From Treponema sp. (GTDB taxonomy: Bacteria; Spirochaetota; Spirochaetia; Treponematales; Breznakiellaceae), in the NCBI GenBank assembly GCA_031278815.1, contig JAITJS010000031.1:1796-65795 (forward strand): a DNA stretch of 64,000 nucleotides, written 5' to 3'. Made by a program: the position numbers and the translations under genes. A model generated the notes under the pieces. The model did not search any database and was not told the DNA's origin. It worked only from the letters and a program-made list of their open reading frames with translations. Numbering within the stretch: the first letter of the stretch is position 1; each line of letters begins with the position of its first letter. This document shows positions 46,554 to 55,964 of the stretch, in pieces.

Positions 46554-49040
46554 CTACACTCCCAGGCGGTTCCGCCGGATTAAATCCAGGGTGGTCTGTA
46601 CGGTCTGGGACCGGTGATTCTTGAGGGGCAGGATCCGCTCGTGAATGGCGTCAATGATCCAGTCCACCTGGGGGAAGTAGAGCTGCTCCAGTTCTGCAGC
46701 CGGAGTTATCCAGTTCCGGCTTCCCACCACTGCCACCGGCGCGTCCAGGTAATCAAAGGCAAAGGTCTGGAGGTTACTCGCCAGGGTGTGCAGGAAGGAA
46801 CCTCGCTCCGCAGCATCGCTGGCCAAAAGCAGCCTGCCGGTCTTGTGTACCGATTCAATCAGCGGCTGGTAGTTCAGGGGATTGATGAACCGCAGGTCCA
46901 TCACCTCTGCCTGCAAACCATAGACCTCTTCCAAGTGCTTGGCCGCGTCTAGGGCCTTGTACAAGGTCGCGCCCAGGGTCGCGATAGTCAGGTCCTTCCC
47001 TGATTTTCGGATGACCGGCTCCCCTAAGGGCACTTCGTAGTACCTTTCGGGAACACCCCCCGGTTCAAAGTGCTCGCTCATATCGTAGAGGAGTTGGCTT
47101 TCAAAGAAAATCACCGGATCCGTCCCTCGCAGGGCCAGGTTCAGCATCCCTTTCGCGTCATAGGGGGTGACCGGGAACATGACCTTGAGCCCTGGAATAT
47201 GGGCCACCAGCGTGGACCAATCCTGGCTATGCTGCGCGCCGTACTTGTTCCCCACGGAAACCCGGACCACCAAGGGCATCTTGAGCAGCCCTGCGGACAT
47301 GGCCTGCCATTTAGCGGCCTGGTTAAAGACTTCGTCCCCCGCGCGGCCCAGAAAATCACAGTACATGAGTTCCACCACTGCCCGGCCCCCGGATAAGGCG
47401 TAACCCACCCCCGCGCCTACAATGGCCCCTTCGGAGATGGGACTGTTGAAAAGCCGAGGATACGGCAGCAGTTCCGTGAGTCCTCGGTACACCGCAAAAG
47501 CCCCGCCCCAGTCCCGGTTCTCTTCCCCCCAGGCGGCCATAGTAGGGTCTATGGCGAAGCGATGAGCCATAGCCTCAAAGAGCGCGTCCCGGTACTGGAA
47601 GGTCTTGTTTTTGGAGAGGGCCTTGCCTTCTGCATCAAAGCCATAGCGGGCCTTCCCTGCCAGGGCCTTCACCCGGGAGTTTTCCTGCAGGGGCTGGGAT
47701 AATTCCGCTTCCCGGTCTTCCAGTTTTTCCACGTTACCCTGGGAGAACATCACCGATTCGATAAAAGCTCCTGCGACCCGGGGAGAAACCTCATCATCAA
47801 TAGCCAATTGTACCACCCCCTGTAGTTTGGCACTCACCTGGTCCCGCAGAGCCTGCAAGCCATCAGCAGCGATAAGCCCGTGCTCTACCAGATAGTTCCC
47901 ATAACTTTCCAGGGAGTCCGCTTCCTGCCAGAGCTTGATCTCTTCAGGGGTCCGGTAACTGGAAGCATCCGAAGGGGAATGGCCGGAGAGCCGGTAGGTC
48001 AAGGTATCCAGGAGAACCGGCCCCTTACCCGCCAAGAGGATTTCCTTTTTCCGAGCCACTGCATCCGCCACGGCCAGGGGATTGTACCCGTCCACCCGCT
48101 CTGCGTGCATGTTTTCAGGATTCACCCCCGCACCCACCCGGGCGAGAACCGTATAGCCCATAGTTTCCCCTGCCGTCTGCCCACCCATGCCGTAGAAGTT
48201 ATTAAAGAAGTTGAAAGCTATGGGCGGCGCGCCACCTGCGTCTTTTGGCCACAGGGTCCGGTACTGGTCCATGGCAGCAAACATCATGGCTTCCCATACC
48301 GGACCGCAACCTAAGGACGCGTCTCCGATATTGGCGATGACGATGCCGGGCTTACGGTTGATCCGTTTGTAGAGGGCCGCACCCAAGGCAATGTCCGCGG
48401 AACCTCCCACGATGGCGTTGTTGGGCATGGACCCAAAAGGGGTAAAGAAGGCGTGCATGGACCCGCCGAGCCCCCGGTTAAACCCAGCCTTCCGGGCGAA
48501 GATTTCCGCCAAAGTACCGTAGAGGACGAAATTTTCCCCCAGGTCCCGGATACTGGTATAGGGGATCTTTTCCGCTGCTGCCAAGGTTTCTCCGTTGAGG
48601 AAACCCTTCATAATGGCTTCAAGCTGCCGTTCCCCTTGGGGATTAGGGCCGGAGGCCGAGCTGGTAAGCTGCCATAACGCGGAATAGCCCTTGGCCAGGA
48701 TCTCCCCGTGGCTCCGGTGGCTCCCGAAGACACAGTCCTCCAGGCCCAAATTGACGCACTGCCCCACTGCGGAAGCCTCTTGCCCCATGGAAAGATGGGC
48801 CGGCCCTTTGTGGTTATACTCCATACCCTTCCACGTCCCTTGGGTCTTAAAGGTATTCAGCATAGTTTCAAATTCCCGGATGGTGAGCATATCGTACCAT
48901 ATCCTGAGGAGCCTTGCTTTGCCGTACCGGGCAATTTCTTTTTCAAAGTCCCCGCTATACTGGTTAACCGGAATGTCCTTGATGGCAAGTACCCCCGGTT
49001 TCCGTACTTCTTGGGGATTTACAACCAGTGATTTAGGCAT
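46554..49040 (-). CDS. 2-oxoacid dehydrogenase E1 component, alpha and beta subunits fused (TPP-dependent)
   Basis: The N-terminal half carries E1-alpha features ([17 protein letters not shown]...[11 protein letters not shown] motif). The C-terminal half is E1-beta/transketolase-like ([27 protein letters not shown]). Single 828-aa ORF. Confidence 0.8.
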   Translation of the reverse strand: MPKSLVVNPQEVRKPGVLAIKDIPVNQYSGDFEKEIARYGKARLLRIWYDMLTIREFETMLNTFKTQGTWKGMEYNHKGPAHLSMGQEASAVGQCVNLGLEDCVFGSHRSHGEILAKGYSALWQLTSSASGPNPQGERQLEAIMKGFLNGETLAAAEKIPYTSIRDLGENFVLYGTLAEIFARKAGFNRGLGGSMHAFFTPFGSMPNNAIVGGSADIALGAALYKRINRKPGIVIANIGDASLGCGPVWEAMMFAAMDQYRTLWPKDAGGAPPIAFNFFNNFYGMGGQTAGETMGYTVLARVGAGVNPENMHAERVDGYNPLAVADAVARKKEILLAGKGPVLLDTLTYRLSGHSPSDASSYRTPEEIKLWQEADSLESYGNYLVEHGLIAADGLQALRDQVSAKLQGVVQLAIDDEVSPRVAGAFIESVMFSQGNVEKLEDREAELSQPLQENSRVKALAGKARYGFDAEGKALSKNKTFQYRDALFEAMAHRFAIDPTMAAWGEENRDWGGAFAVYRGLTELLPYPRLFNSPISEGAIVGAGVGYALSGGRAVVELMYCDFLGRAGDEVFNQAAKWQAMSAGLLKMPLVVRVSVGNKYGAQHSQDWSTLVAHIPGLKVMFPVTPYDAKGMLNLALRGTDPVIFFESQLLYDMSEHFEPGGVPERYYEVPLGEPVIRKSGKDLTIATLGATLYKALDAAKHLEEVYGLQAEVMDLRFINPLNYQPLIESVHKTGRLLLASDAAERGSFLHTLASNLQTFAFDYLDAPVAVVGSRNWITPAAELEQLYFPQVDWIIDAIHERILPLKNHRSQTVQTTLDLIRRNRLGV

Positions 49041-49257
49041 GTTCTTTTTCCTTACTTCTTATGACGCGCCCTGAATACAAGGCACTTACATTTACTAGGG
49101 TTACTGCACCAAGCAGGGGTGTTTTACTCTGCCTGAGCGATCCTATGCAGGGCCCATTGGGCTTTTTCCCGCACTACCTCGAACCTATCTTCCTGTGCTT
49201 TGAGCAGATAGGGGATAGCGGTTTCGTGAAAGTCATTAACCAGTGCGTTGATGGCAT

Positions 49258-50019
49258 TCAGCTTCCACCGCCATAAGGATTCCTCTGAAAGGTAGAAGAA
49301 TTTCCTTGCAAGAAGCCGCCGGATATCCAGGTCCCCAGCATCTGGTTTACCTCATCGGTGTAAGGGATTGCTTCACTGGAGGTAGTAAGCCGTCTGATAC
49401 AGGTGGCCATATTCATGGTGTAGGGAGCGGAAAGGGACCTGGTCGGACAGGAGCGGATACAGCAGCTGCACTGAGGGGGACATGCTGGTACGTGGTGGGT
49501 TTTGATGCATTCCAGTTCCCGGTCAATCAGCCAGGCGTTCAAGGCAATCCAGGAGCCTTCCTCAATATAGAAAAAATTGTTTTGCCGGATCCGTCCCAGC
49601 CCCGCCTTAGACGCGGCCCATCGAAGCGCGGTAAGGCCGTACTGCGCTTCCGTAACGGTCCGCAGCCCCAGTTCGTGCAGATACGCCTCAAAGTCCTGCA
49701 GGGTCTGGGACTCGGGAGAAGCCGGATTGAGCCGCATATCCACCAGGTAGTATTTTCCGTAATGGGGCAGCAGGGCCTGGGGGATATGGTAATGCCCGTA
49801 GAAAGAGGCAACCACGATGATGGACTTTACCCAGGGGAAGGTAGTGCGAGGATCCGCAAACTTCATGAAACGCCCATAGAGGGCCTCCCCCTGAGGGATC
49901 CGGTCCATCCGTTCCCGCAGCCGCTCCCCATAGTCGAACATGGCTTCCACTTTGAGGATGCCCCATTTCCCGATACCCAGTTCCTGGGCCTTGCGCTGGA
50001 TATTTTCTTCTATTGCCAT
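49258..50019 (-). CDS. QueG-like (epoxyqueuosine reductase family) Fe-S protein, reading frame apparently disrupted near its 3' end
   Basis: AGLGRIRQNNFFYIEEGSWIALNAWLID and CPPQCSCCIRSCPT resemble QueG. A HEAT-like C-terminal segment continues in another frame down to 49124 (see findings). Confidence 0.55.
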   Translation of the reverse strand: MAIEENIQRKAQELGIGKWGILKVEAMFDYGERLRERMDRIPQGEALYGRFMKFADPRTTFPWVKSIIVVASFYGHYHIPQALLPHYGKYYLVDMRLNPASPESQTLQDFEAYLHELGLRTVTEAQYGLTALRWAASKAGLGRIRQNNFFYIEEGSWIALNAWLIDRELECIKTHHVPACPPQCSCCIRSCPTRSLSAPYTMNMATCIRRLTTSSEAIPYTDEVNQMLGTWISGGFLQGNSSTFQRNPYGGGS

Positions 50020-50023
50020 AGGC

Positions 50024-51421
50024 TTATGCCAGTTCCCACACCACCTCCCGTATCAGTTCTCCCACCGTAGGATGGGGGAAAATGAGTTGCTGCACCTCCT
50101 CAATCCGGAGCTCCTGTTCGATAAGGACCGCTCCACCCCAGATAAACTCCGATACGTAGGATCCAACCCCGTGAATCCCCAGGATCCGCCGGGAAGCCGC
50201 ATCCGCGATGACCTTGACCGCGCCTTGGCCTGCAAAGGTGTTTTCCGCCACGAAACGGCCTGAGAGCCGCATCGGGAGTGAGGCCTTGAGGATAGGAATC
50301 CCCCGGGCCGCGGCTTCCTGTTCGGTGAGCCCTACCCCTGCAGCTTCGGTGATGCCGTACACCGCCCAGGGTACCGCATCATAACGCATAACGTTACTCT
50401 CCAGAGGAGTTCCGTCTAAAAACCTAAGGATGTCCGCCACCGCGACCTCTGCCATGCGGTATGCACAATGGGCTAGGAGGCTCTTCCCGGTTACATCTCC
50501 TGCAGCCCAGACCCCCGGTACATTGGTCCTCATCCGTTCATCCACAGTAATTCCCTTAGAACCGAGATCGATTCCTGCTGCCTGAGCCCCCCAGGTATCC
50601 AGAACCGCTCGGCGGCCTACGGCCATGAGCAGGGTATCGGCCTCCAGGGTCTCTTGTTTCCCTTCTTTAGTTACCAGCTGTACCGTGCCCTGGTGGATTG
50701 CTTCAAGTCGGCATCCCAGATTAAACTGCACCTGTTTCATGGCCCGGCGGAACAAGGGGGCCTGTTCCTGGTCCATGAAGGGGATGATCTCATCGGTCAT
50801 TTCAATGACCGTAACCTGCGTTCCCAGGCTTGCGAAGAGTCCGGCGAATTCCACCCCGATGACCCCGCCGCCGATAACCGCTAAACGCTTCGGCACCGCT
50901 TCAATGGCCAAAAGCCCGCTAGAATCCACCACTACCGGGTTATCCTGGATCCCTGATATGGGAGGCCGCACCGGAACCGACCCTGCACAAACCAGGATGC
51001 TCCGGCAGCTCTGTTCTTCCGTACCTCCCCCGTTCAAAGCGACCCTGACGGTTCCGGGCCGGTCTCCTTGAGGGGCTTCCAGAATCTCGCCACGGCCCAC
51101 GGACACCGCTACGCCGTACCGTTTCATCTGGCTGGCAAGACCGCCTCGGAGTTTTTCTACCACTTCGGTTTTCCATTGTTGGATCCGAGCCCAGTCAAAG
51201 GAGATGCCACTCAGGGTAAGGCCGTATTTGTGGGCCTGCTGAGCATGGACGTAGTGTTTGGCAGCGTTGAGGAGGGTTTTGGTAGGGATACAGCCCACAT
51301 TGAGACAGGTCCCGCCCAAGTATGCCTGTTCTATTAAGAGCACCTTTTTCTTTGCCTGACCTAAGCGTTCCGCGGCAAGGTACCCGCCAGGACCGCCGCC
51401 AATGATTATGGTATCATACAT
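50024..51421 (-). CDS. lpdA: Dihydrolipoyl dehydrogenase (E3)
   Basis: IIIGGGPGGY FAD motif and GGTCLNVGCIPTK redox disulfide. The ATG at 51421 (MYDTIIIGGG) has AAGGAG 6 nt upstream, so I prefer it to the ORF-track start at 51460. Confidence 0.9.
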   Translation of the reverse strand: MYDTIIIGGGPGGYLAAERLGQAKKKVLLIEQAYLGGTCLNVGCIPTKTLLNAAKHYVHAQQAHKYGLTLSGISFDWARIQQWKTEVVEKLRGGLASQMKRYGVAVSVGRGEILEAPQGDRPGTVRVALNGGGTEEQSCRSILVCAGSVPVRPPISGIQDNPVVVDSSGLLAIEAVPKRLAVIGGGVIGVEFAGLFASLGTQVTVIEMTDEIIPFMDQEQAPLFRRAMKQVQFNLGCRLEAIHQGTVQLVTKEGKQETLEADTLLMAVGRRAVLDTWGAQAAGIDLGSKGITVDERMRTNVPGVWAAGDVTGKSLLAHCAYRMAEVAVADILRFLDGTPLESNVMRYDAVPWAVYGITEAAGVGLTEQEAAARGIPILKASLPMRLSGRFVAENTFAGQGAVKVIADAASRRILGIHGVGSYVSEFIWGGAVLIEQELRIEEVQQLIFPHPTVGELIREVVWELA

Positions 51422-51447
51422 AGTAATCTCCTTGTTCAATCTTGCTT

Positions 51448-52827
51448 TTAAAACAGCCATAGATCTATATCCGCCACCGCGTCTCCCAAGGCCTTAAGGA
51501 ACCGCGCTGCTGGAGCGCCATCCACCACCTGATGGTTAAAGGTGAGACTAAACCCAATGGCAGGCTCAAACCGCACGTCCCCCTCCAGGGACCGGGGTTT
51601 CAGTTCTATCCCGCAGACCCCCAGGATGGCCACTTCCGGTGCGTTGAGGATGGGGGTAAAGCTGCTGATACCCAGGCTACCCAGGTTGGTAACGGTAAAG
51701 GTGGACCCTGAGAGGGCCTCTGGTGCTATTCCCCCCTGTTGACAGGCCGCGGCCAGCCGTTTGGCTTCAGCGGAAATCTGTCGCAGAGACAGGAGGTCCG
51801 CATTCCGAATAACCGGCACCATGAGTCCCCGGGAAGTATCCACTGCCAACCCCAGGTGTACCCGCTCAAAGGTGCGGATCAGACCTTCCCCAGTCCGAGG
51901 GTCCTGGATGTTATGGGCGTTCATAAAGGGGAATCGAGGGAGGACCCGGGAAACTGCTAAGAGAATGAGATCGTTGATGCTGATGTTTTCAAGCCCCAGG
52001 TTTGCGTCCGCAGCCTTCATTCGTTCCCGCATTGCTTTGAGCCGTACCGCAGACGCACTACTATGGAGGGTACATTGAGCGCTTTCCCTCAGGGAGTAGA
52101 GCATACGATCCGAGATGACTTTACGGATCCCCTTAAGCGGGGTTTCAGTGACGGTTCCTTCTTCCTCCAGGACCGGTTCAGGGGGAGGTACTGCTGAACT
52201 TGAGCTCGGGACCGATGCGGGATGTACCCCGGTGGCCAGGTCCGCAAGGGTAAGTCGCCCCCCCAGCCCGGATCCAGGGACATTCGGTACGGCCGCTCCT
52301 GGGCTTACCGCGGCCCGGGCAGCGGCCGTGAAGCGAGGATGCTCCAGCAAGGAGCGTTCCACATCCATTTCTATGATACGAGCGCCTGGTCCTGAGCCAA
52401 TAAGACCCGTGAGGGGCAGCCCTTCTTTTTCCGCTCGGCGCCGGGCCCGGGGAGACACTGCCGGAGGCGTCCCATCCAGCGCGGGGCTCAATTCAGGCAG
52501 GGCTGCTTGCGTCTGCGCTTCACGAACAGGTTCTGGTTTTGCCATTGCCACAGGCGCGCTCGTACCCAGCACCGCCTTCCAATCCTCCCCTAGAGCGCCA
52601 ATCACCGCGATGGGCTGCAAGACCGGAACATCATCCCCTACTGCACCAAGGAGCTTCAAAACCGTACCCTCTGCTCCTGTGGGAACTTCAAAGGTGGCCT
52701 TATCGGTTTCTACATCGCACAAGGGGGTGTCTGCCACCACGGTATCCCCTTCCTGTACCTTCCAATTCACGATGATGCAGGATTCCACCGTGTTCCCCTG
52801 CCGGGGCATGATCACTATATGAGCCAT
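51448..52827 (-). CDS. Dihydrolipoamide acyltransferase (E2) with a single lipoyl domain
   Basis: Lipoyl-lysine context DVETDKATFEV, E3-binding domain (SPRARRRAEKEGLPLTGLIGSGPGARI), and a catalytic domain ending in FNHQVVDGAPAARF. Confidence 0.88.
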   Translation of the reverse strand: MAHIVIMPRQGNTVESCIIVNWKVQEGDTVVADTPLCDVETDKATFEVPTGAEGTVLKLLGAVGDDVPVLQPIAVIGALGEDWKAVLGTSAPVAMAKPEPVREAQTQAALPELSPALDGTPPAVSPRARRRAEKEGLPLTGLIGSGPGARIIEMDVERSLLEHPRFTAAARAAVSPGAAVPNVPGSGLGGRLTLADLATGVHPASVPSSSSAVPPPEPVLEEEGTVTETPLKGIRKVISDRMLYSLRESAQCTLHSSASAVRLKAMRERMKAADANLGLENISINDLILLAVSRVLPRFPFMNAHNIQDPRTGEGLIRTFERVHLGLAVDTSRGLMVPVIRNADLLSLRQISAEAKRLAAACQQGGIAPEALSGSTFTVTNLGSLGISSFTPILNAPEVAILGVCGIELKPRSLEGDVRFEPAIGFSLTFNHQVVDGAPAARFLKALGDAVADIDLWLF

Positions 52828-53025
52828 AGCTATGCTTCACTCCCTTATGATTTTGAGACCGGGCCCTGATAAAGCCGGATGCTGCGGTAACTCTTTTCAT
52901 GTATAAGGATTTTCAGGAAAAAAGCAAGAGGTATACCCAGGGCCAGGATAAACGCATAGCAATTTGTATTTCCATACAAGATCCTATAACTCGTTTTGTG
53001 TAAGCTTTTCCCTGTTTTTTTTAAC

Positions 53026-53054
53026 TTTACAAGCCAGAAAAGAGCCGCTATACT
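53026..53054 (+). promoter_or_regulatory. Sigma70-type promoter candidate for moeA
   Basis: TTTACA (53026-53031), 17-nt spacer, TATACT (53049-53054), about 70 nt upstream of the moeA ATG. Confidence 0.45.
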
Positions 53055-53126
53055 CAAGCCGGGTGGAGCGCTGGCTTTATCCAAAGAAGCCCTCAAGGGG
53101 TAAACTATACAAGCAAGGCAGGCGCT

Positions 53127-54362
53127 ATGGAACAAACCTCTTCTTTTCCCCATTTCTCCATCTCTCTTGATTCGGCAATTGCAATGCTCCTGGCACATAC
53201 TGCGGGGCCTCAAGGGTGTATGCCCTTGCCGTTGCTTGAGGCGCTTTGTCGTATTGCCGGGAAAAACCTCCATGCCCGTATCGACCTCCCTCCCTTTGAT
53301 AATTCCCCTCTGGATGGGTTTGCCCTGCGCCATACCGATAGCGCAGGAGCAAGCAAGGATAGGCCGGTCTTTTTACGGGTGGTGGAGACCATCTATGCTG
53401 GGGAGGTCCCCCAGAAAGCCCTGGCCCCCAGTGAATGTGCTCGGGTCATGACCGGCGCGCCCCTTCCGTACGGGGCTACCTGCGTCATCCCCTTTGAAGA
53501 CACAGATAACCAACCTGATACCGTGGGGATCTTTCACCCTTTAGAAGACCATCAGCATTACCGGTTTCATGGGGAAGATGTACGTCAAGGACAGGACATC
53601 CTGCATCAAGGGGAGCGTATCACCGGCGCCCATCTGGGCCTCTTGGCTGCTCAAGGGTTCACCGAGGTCCCGGTTTTTGCCCGCCCCCAGGTGGGGATCC
53701 TCTCCACAGGCACGGAACTCATGAGCGGCCCAGAGGCGCTCAGTCCTGGTAAAATATACGACAGCAACCGCTATCTTTTGGCAGCGCGGGTACTGGCTTT
53801 GGGGGCTGAGCCCCTATGCAGCCCCAAAATCCCGGATGATCCGGCCCTCATCGCCCAAGCGGTCGTGGAATTGCTGAAAACCTGCCACTGCGTCATCACG
53901 ACCGGCGGCGTCTCAGTGGGGGCTCACGATTATATGCCCCAGGTAGGATCTTCCATCGGTGCACAGCCCTTGTTTCGTCAGGTGCAGATGAAGCCCGGCG
54001 GCTGGGTTACCGCCCTGTACAAGGATGCCAAAATAATCCTTTGTCTTTCTGGAAACCCCGGTGCCGCGGCTATGGGCTTTGATCTTTTGGCCGGACCGCT
54101 GATTCGCCGGCTTGCCGGAGCTGCTGAGGTCCTTGCCCCTAAGCTTCTGGGGATCCTGCAAGACCCTTTCTCCAAGGCAAGCCCTCAGAACCGCTTCTTG
54201 TACGCTCGGCGGGAAGGCAGGGAAGTCTTTCTCCCCAAAACCGGGTTTGGCTCAAGTCTTTTGAGTTCCCTTATCGGCTGCAACTGCATAGTGCATATCC
54301 CTGCTGGAAGCCCCCCGCTCGATCCAGGAGATAGGGTAGAACTTATACCCCTCTCAGCTTGA
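53127..54362 (+). CDS. moeA: Molybdopterin molybdenumtransferase
   Basis: LPPFDNSPLDGFAL, the MoCF-biosynthesis domain (GILSTGTEL...GKIYDSN...ITTGGVSVG) and 411 aa. Confidence 0.88.
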   Translation: MEQTSSFPHFSISLDSAIAMLLAHTAGPQGCMPLPLLEALCRIAGKNLHARIDLPPFDNSPLDGFALRHTDSAGASKDRPVFLRVVETIYAGEVPQKALAPSECARVMTGAPLPYGATCVIPFEDTDNQPDTVGIFHPLEDHQHYRFHGEDVRQGQDILHQGERITGAHLGLLAAQGFTEVPVFARPQVGILSTGTELMSGPEALSPGKIYDSNRYLLAARVLALGAEPLCSPKIPDDPALIAQAVVELLKTCHCVITTGGVSVGAHDYMPQVGSSIGAQPLFRQVQMKPGGWVTALYKDAKIILCLSGNPGAAAMGFDLLAGPLIRRLAGAAEVLAPKLLGILQDPFSKASPQNRFLYARREGREVFLPKTGFGSSLLSSLIGCNCIVHIPAGSPPLDPGDRVELIPLSA

Positions 54363-54942
54363 CCTGTATGCCCCTAGGGTCATCGGCTATAACCTGGATT
54401 CGGGAAATGACCGAATCCCAGCCTTCGAGTAAACCATGTACTACCAGATCCGCTAACGGTAGTACCCGGGCCGCGGTGGGCTTTACTTTCGAGGTGGCGC
54501 TGTTCATGAGCATAATAAAACACCCCGGGGCCACCACCTCCCGCAAGCTGTTGGATTCCCCGATGATAAGCCCCTTTGGGGGGATCTGTTTCAAAAAATG
54601 GGTATATGCCACTGCCAGGGACCCATAAAGGGCTCTCAGCCAGAACACCCGGTCGGCCCCTGCTTCAAGCAACTGAGCCGTGTCTTTGTTCAGGGATACC
54701 CCCGCTTCTTCCTCAAGGACAAAGTCCTGGGTAATCGAGACACAGGCACCGCAGCCAGTTCCCCCTCGGGGGCATACCGCGCCCCGGTGAGCCACGCTGG
54801 TGATCTTCAGCGCCACGATAGAAAATCGCGCACCCGAACCCAGGGGAGCTTTCCAGGCTTTGATGAGTGCCTTAGCGAGTGTGGTTTTACCCGCATTTTG
54901 ACCGGAAGAGCCGATGAGGAGCAACTGAGGCGCATACAGCAT
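54343..54942 (-). CDS. MobB-like P-loop NTPase with a Cys-rich insertion
   Basis: LLLIGSSGQNAGKTTLA P-loop; NKDTAQLLEAGADRVFWLRA resembles the MobB GKDSxxxxxAGA segment; inserted CPRGGTGCGAC. Its 3' end overlaps moeA convergently by 20 nt. Confidence 0.45.
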   Translation of the reverse strand: MLYAPQLLLIGSSGQNAGKTTLAKALIKAWKAPLGSGARFSIVALKITSVAHRGAVCPRGGTGCGACVSITQDFVLEEEAGVSLNKDTAQLLEAGADRVFWLRALYGSLAVAYTHFLKQIPPKGLIIGESNSLREVVAPGCFIMLMNSATSKVKPTAARVLPLADLVVHGLLEGWDSVISRIQVIADDPRGIQVKLRGV

Positions 54943-54956
54943 AAGCGGGATAGTCC

Positions 54957-55727
54957 TTACAAGTTTAGCTTGAAGAGGATCTCTTTCAGGGCCTGTTTTA
55001 TCGGGGAATCTTCCGGCAGGCTAACCAGAGGTTTTCCTGCGGCATCGTATTGGTAGACCAGGTCATCCTGGGGGATTACGCCGATGAGGAAAAGCTTTTG
55101 GGCTTGGATTTCTTCTTGTAAACCCGCTTCGAGTTTTCCCCTGGGAGCGCGGTTGACGATGAGGCGTACCTCTTTTACTTTGAGGTCCAACTGGCCTATC
55201 ATGGTGGCGATCCTCCCCGCAGCCTGGATGCCCCGCCGGGAACAGTCACTGACCAGGAGAATCAAATCCACCGGCGGAAGTATCCCCCGGCTTATGTGTT
55301 CCAGGCCTGCCTCGTTGTCCACCACCATGTACTTGTAGTTATTATAATATTTCCGTATCTGCTCCCGGAGCAGATCATTGACAAAACAGTAGCAGCCTTT
55401 TCCCTGGCCTCTACCCATTACCAGCATATCGTACTGGTCTTCCTCCACCAATGCAGAGGTGAACTTATAATTCGCATATTCATTTTTTGACATGCTGGGA
55501 GGGATGGGATTTTTGTCCACAAATTCCGCAGTGGCAATCTCCTCCCGTATATCTCCCAGGGTAATATCCGCTTGCACCCCCAAGACCTCGTTTAGGTTGG
55601 AATTGGCATCTGCATCTACCGCGAGAATCGGCCCTTTCCCGGTTTTGGCTAAATGATCCAAAAACAAACCACACAGGGTTGTCTTTCCCGTACCGCCTTT
55701 ACCGGCCACGGCTATCGAATAGGTCAT
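54957..55727 (-). CDS. CooC/MinD-family metal-centre maturation ATPase
   Basis: Deviant Walker A IAVAGKGGTGKTTL and AVDADANSNL, ~255 aa. I prefer the ATG at 55727 because a TTGACG-17-TACAGT promoter candidate (55775-55747) lies inside the longer ORF-track extension. Confidence 0.65.
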   Translation of the reverse strand: MTYSIAVAGKGGTGKTTLCGLFLDHLAKTGKGPILAVDADANSNLNEVLGVQADITLGDIREEIATAEFVDKNPIPPSMSKNEYANYKFTSALVEEDQYDMLVMGRGQGKGCYCFVNDLLREQIRKYYNNYKYMVVDNEAGLEHISRGILPPVDLILLVSDCSRRGIQAAGRIATMIGQLDLKVKEVRLIVNRAPRGKLEAGLQEEIQAQKLFLIGVIPQDDLVYQYDAAGKPLVSLPEDSPIKQALKEILFKLNL

Positions 55728-55811
55728 AGATTTTTTCTCCACCCTCACTGTACCTTCCCCATAGGGTACCGTCAATACATCGGTAAGGGCATACTAACCA
55801 GTCCTGCATAT

Positions 55812-55838
55812 AAAAAAATGCCCTCCATTATGGAGGGC
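55812..55838 (-). terminator. Rho-independent terminator after the initiator tRNA
   Basis: 8-bp GC-rich stem GCCCTCCA/TGGAGGGC with a 3-nt loop, followed on the minus strand by A + T7. Confidence 0.8.
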
Positions 55839-55846
55839 GCTCTTTT

Positions 55847-55919
55847 TAGCAGGGCCAGGACTCGAACCTGGGACCTCCGGGTTATGAGCCCGACGAGCTG
55901 CCAACTGCTCTACCCTGCG
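55847..55919 (-). tRNA. Initiator tRNA-fMet (anticodon CAT), no encoded CCA
   Basis: The minus strand reads CGCAGGGTAGAGCAGTTGGCAGCTCGTCGGGCTCATAACCCGGAGGTCCCAGGTTCGAGTCCTGGCCCTGCTA. It folds as a cloverleaf, has three consecutive G-C pairs at the base of the anticodon stem, A11:U24 and an unpaired 1:72 position, and closely resembles E. coli tRNA-fMet. Confidence 0.9.
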
Positions 55920-55935
55920 TTGATGTATGTTCTAT

Positions 55936-55964
55936 AATATACTGATAGTCGTCCATAGGGTCAA
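55936..55964 (-). promoter_or_regulatory. Sigma70-type promoter candidate for the initiator tRNA
   Basis: On the minus strand: TTGACC (55964-55959), 17-nt spacer, TATATT (55941-55936). The -10 box ends 16 nt before the mature tRNA 5' end. Confidence 0.5.

Noticed and set aside
49306-50070. 254-aa plus-strand ORF, the same size as the QueG-like gene opposite it
   Set aside because: The minus-strand product has QueG-like and Fe-S motifs and fits the operon spacing. The plus-strand product has no motifs and would run against the operon.
52115-52822. 235-aa plus-strand ORF inside the E2 gene
   Set aside because: Ser/Pro/Arg/Ala-rich antisense translation of the E2 linker regions. The E2 frame carries lipoyl and catalytic motifs.
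53055-53126. Possible Moco riboswitch upstream of moeA
   Set aside because: With the TTTACA-17-TATACT promoter, the leader is only about 65-70 nt, too short for the ~130-nt Moco motif. I could not find its conserved core elements either. A covariance-model scan (Rfam RF01055) would settle it.
52845-53333. 162-aa minus-strand ORF across the E2/moeA intergenic region and the moeA start
   Set aside because: It overlaps the moeA promoter candidate and the moeA N-terminus. It has no RBS or motif and crosses an AT-rich non-coding stretch.
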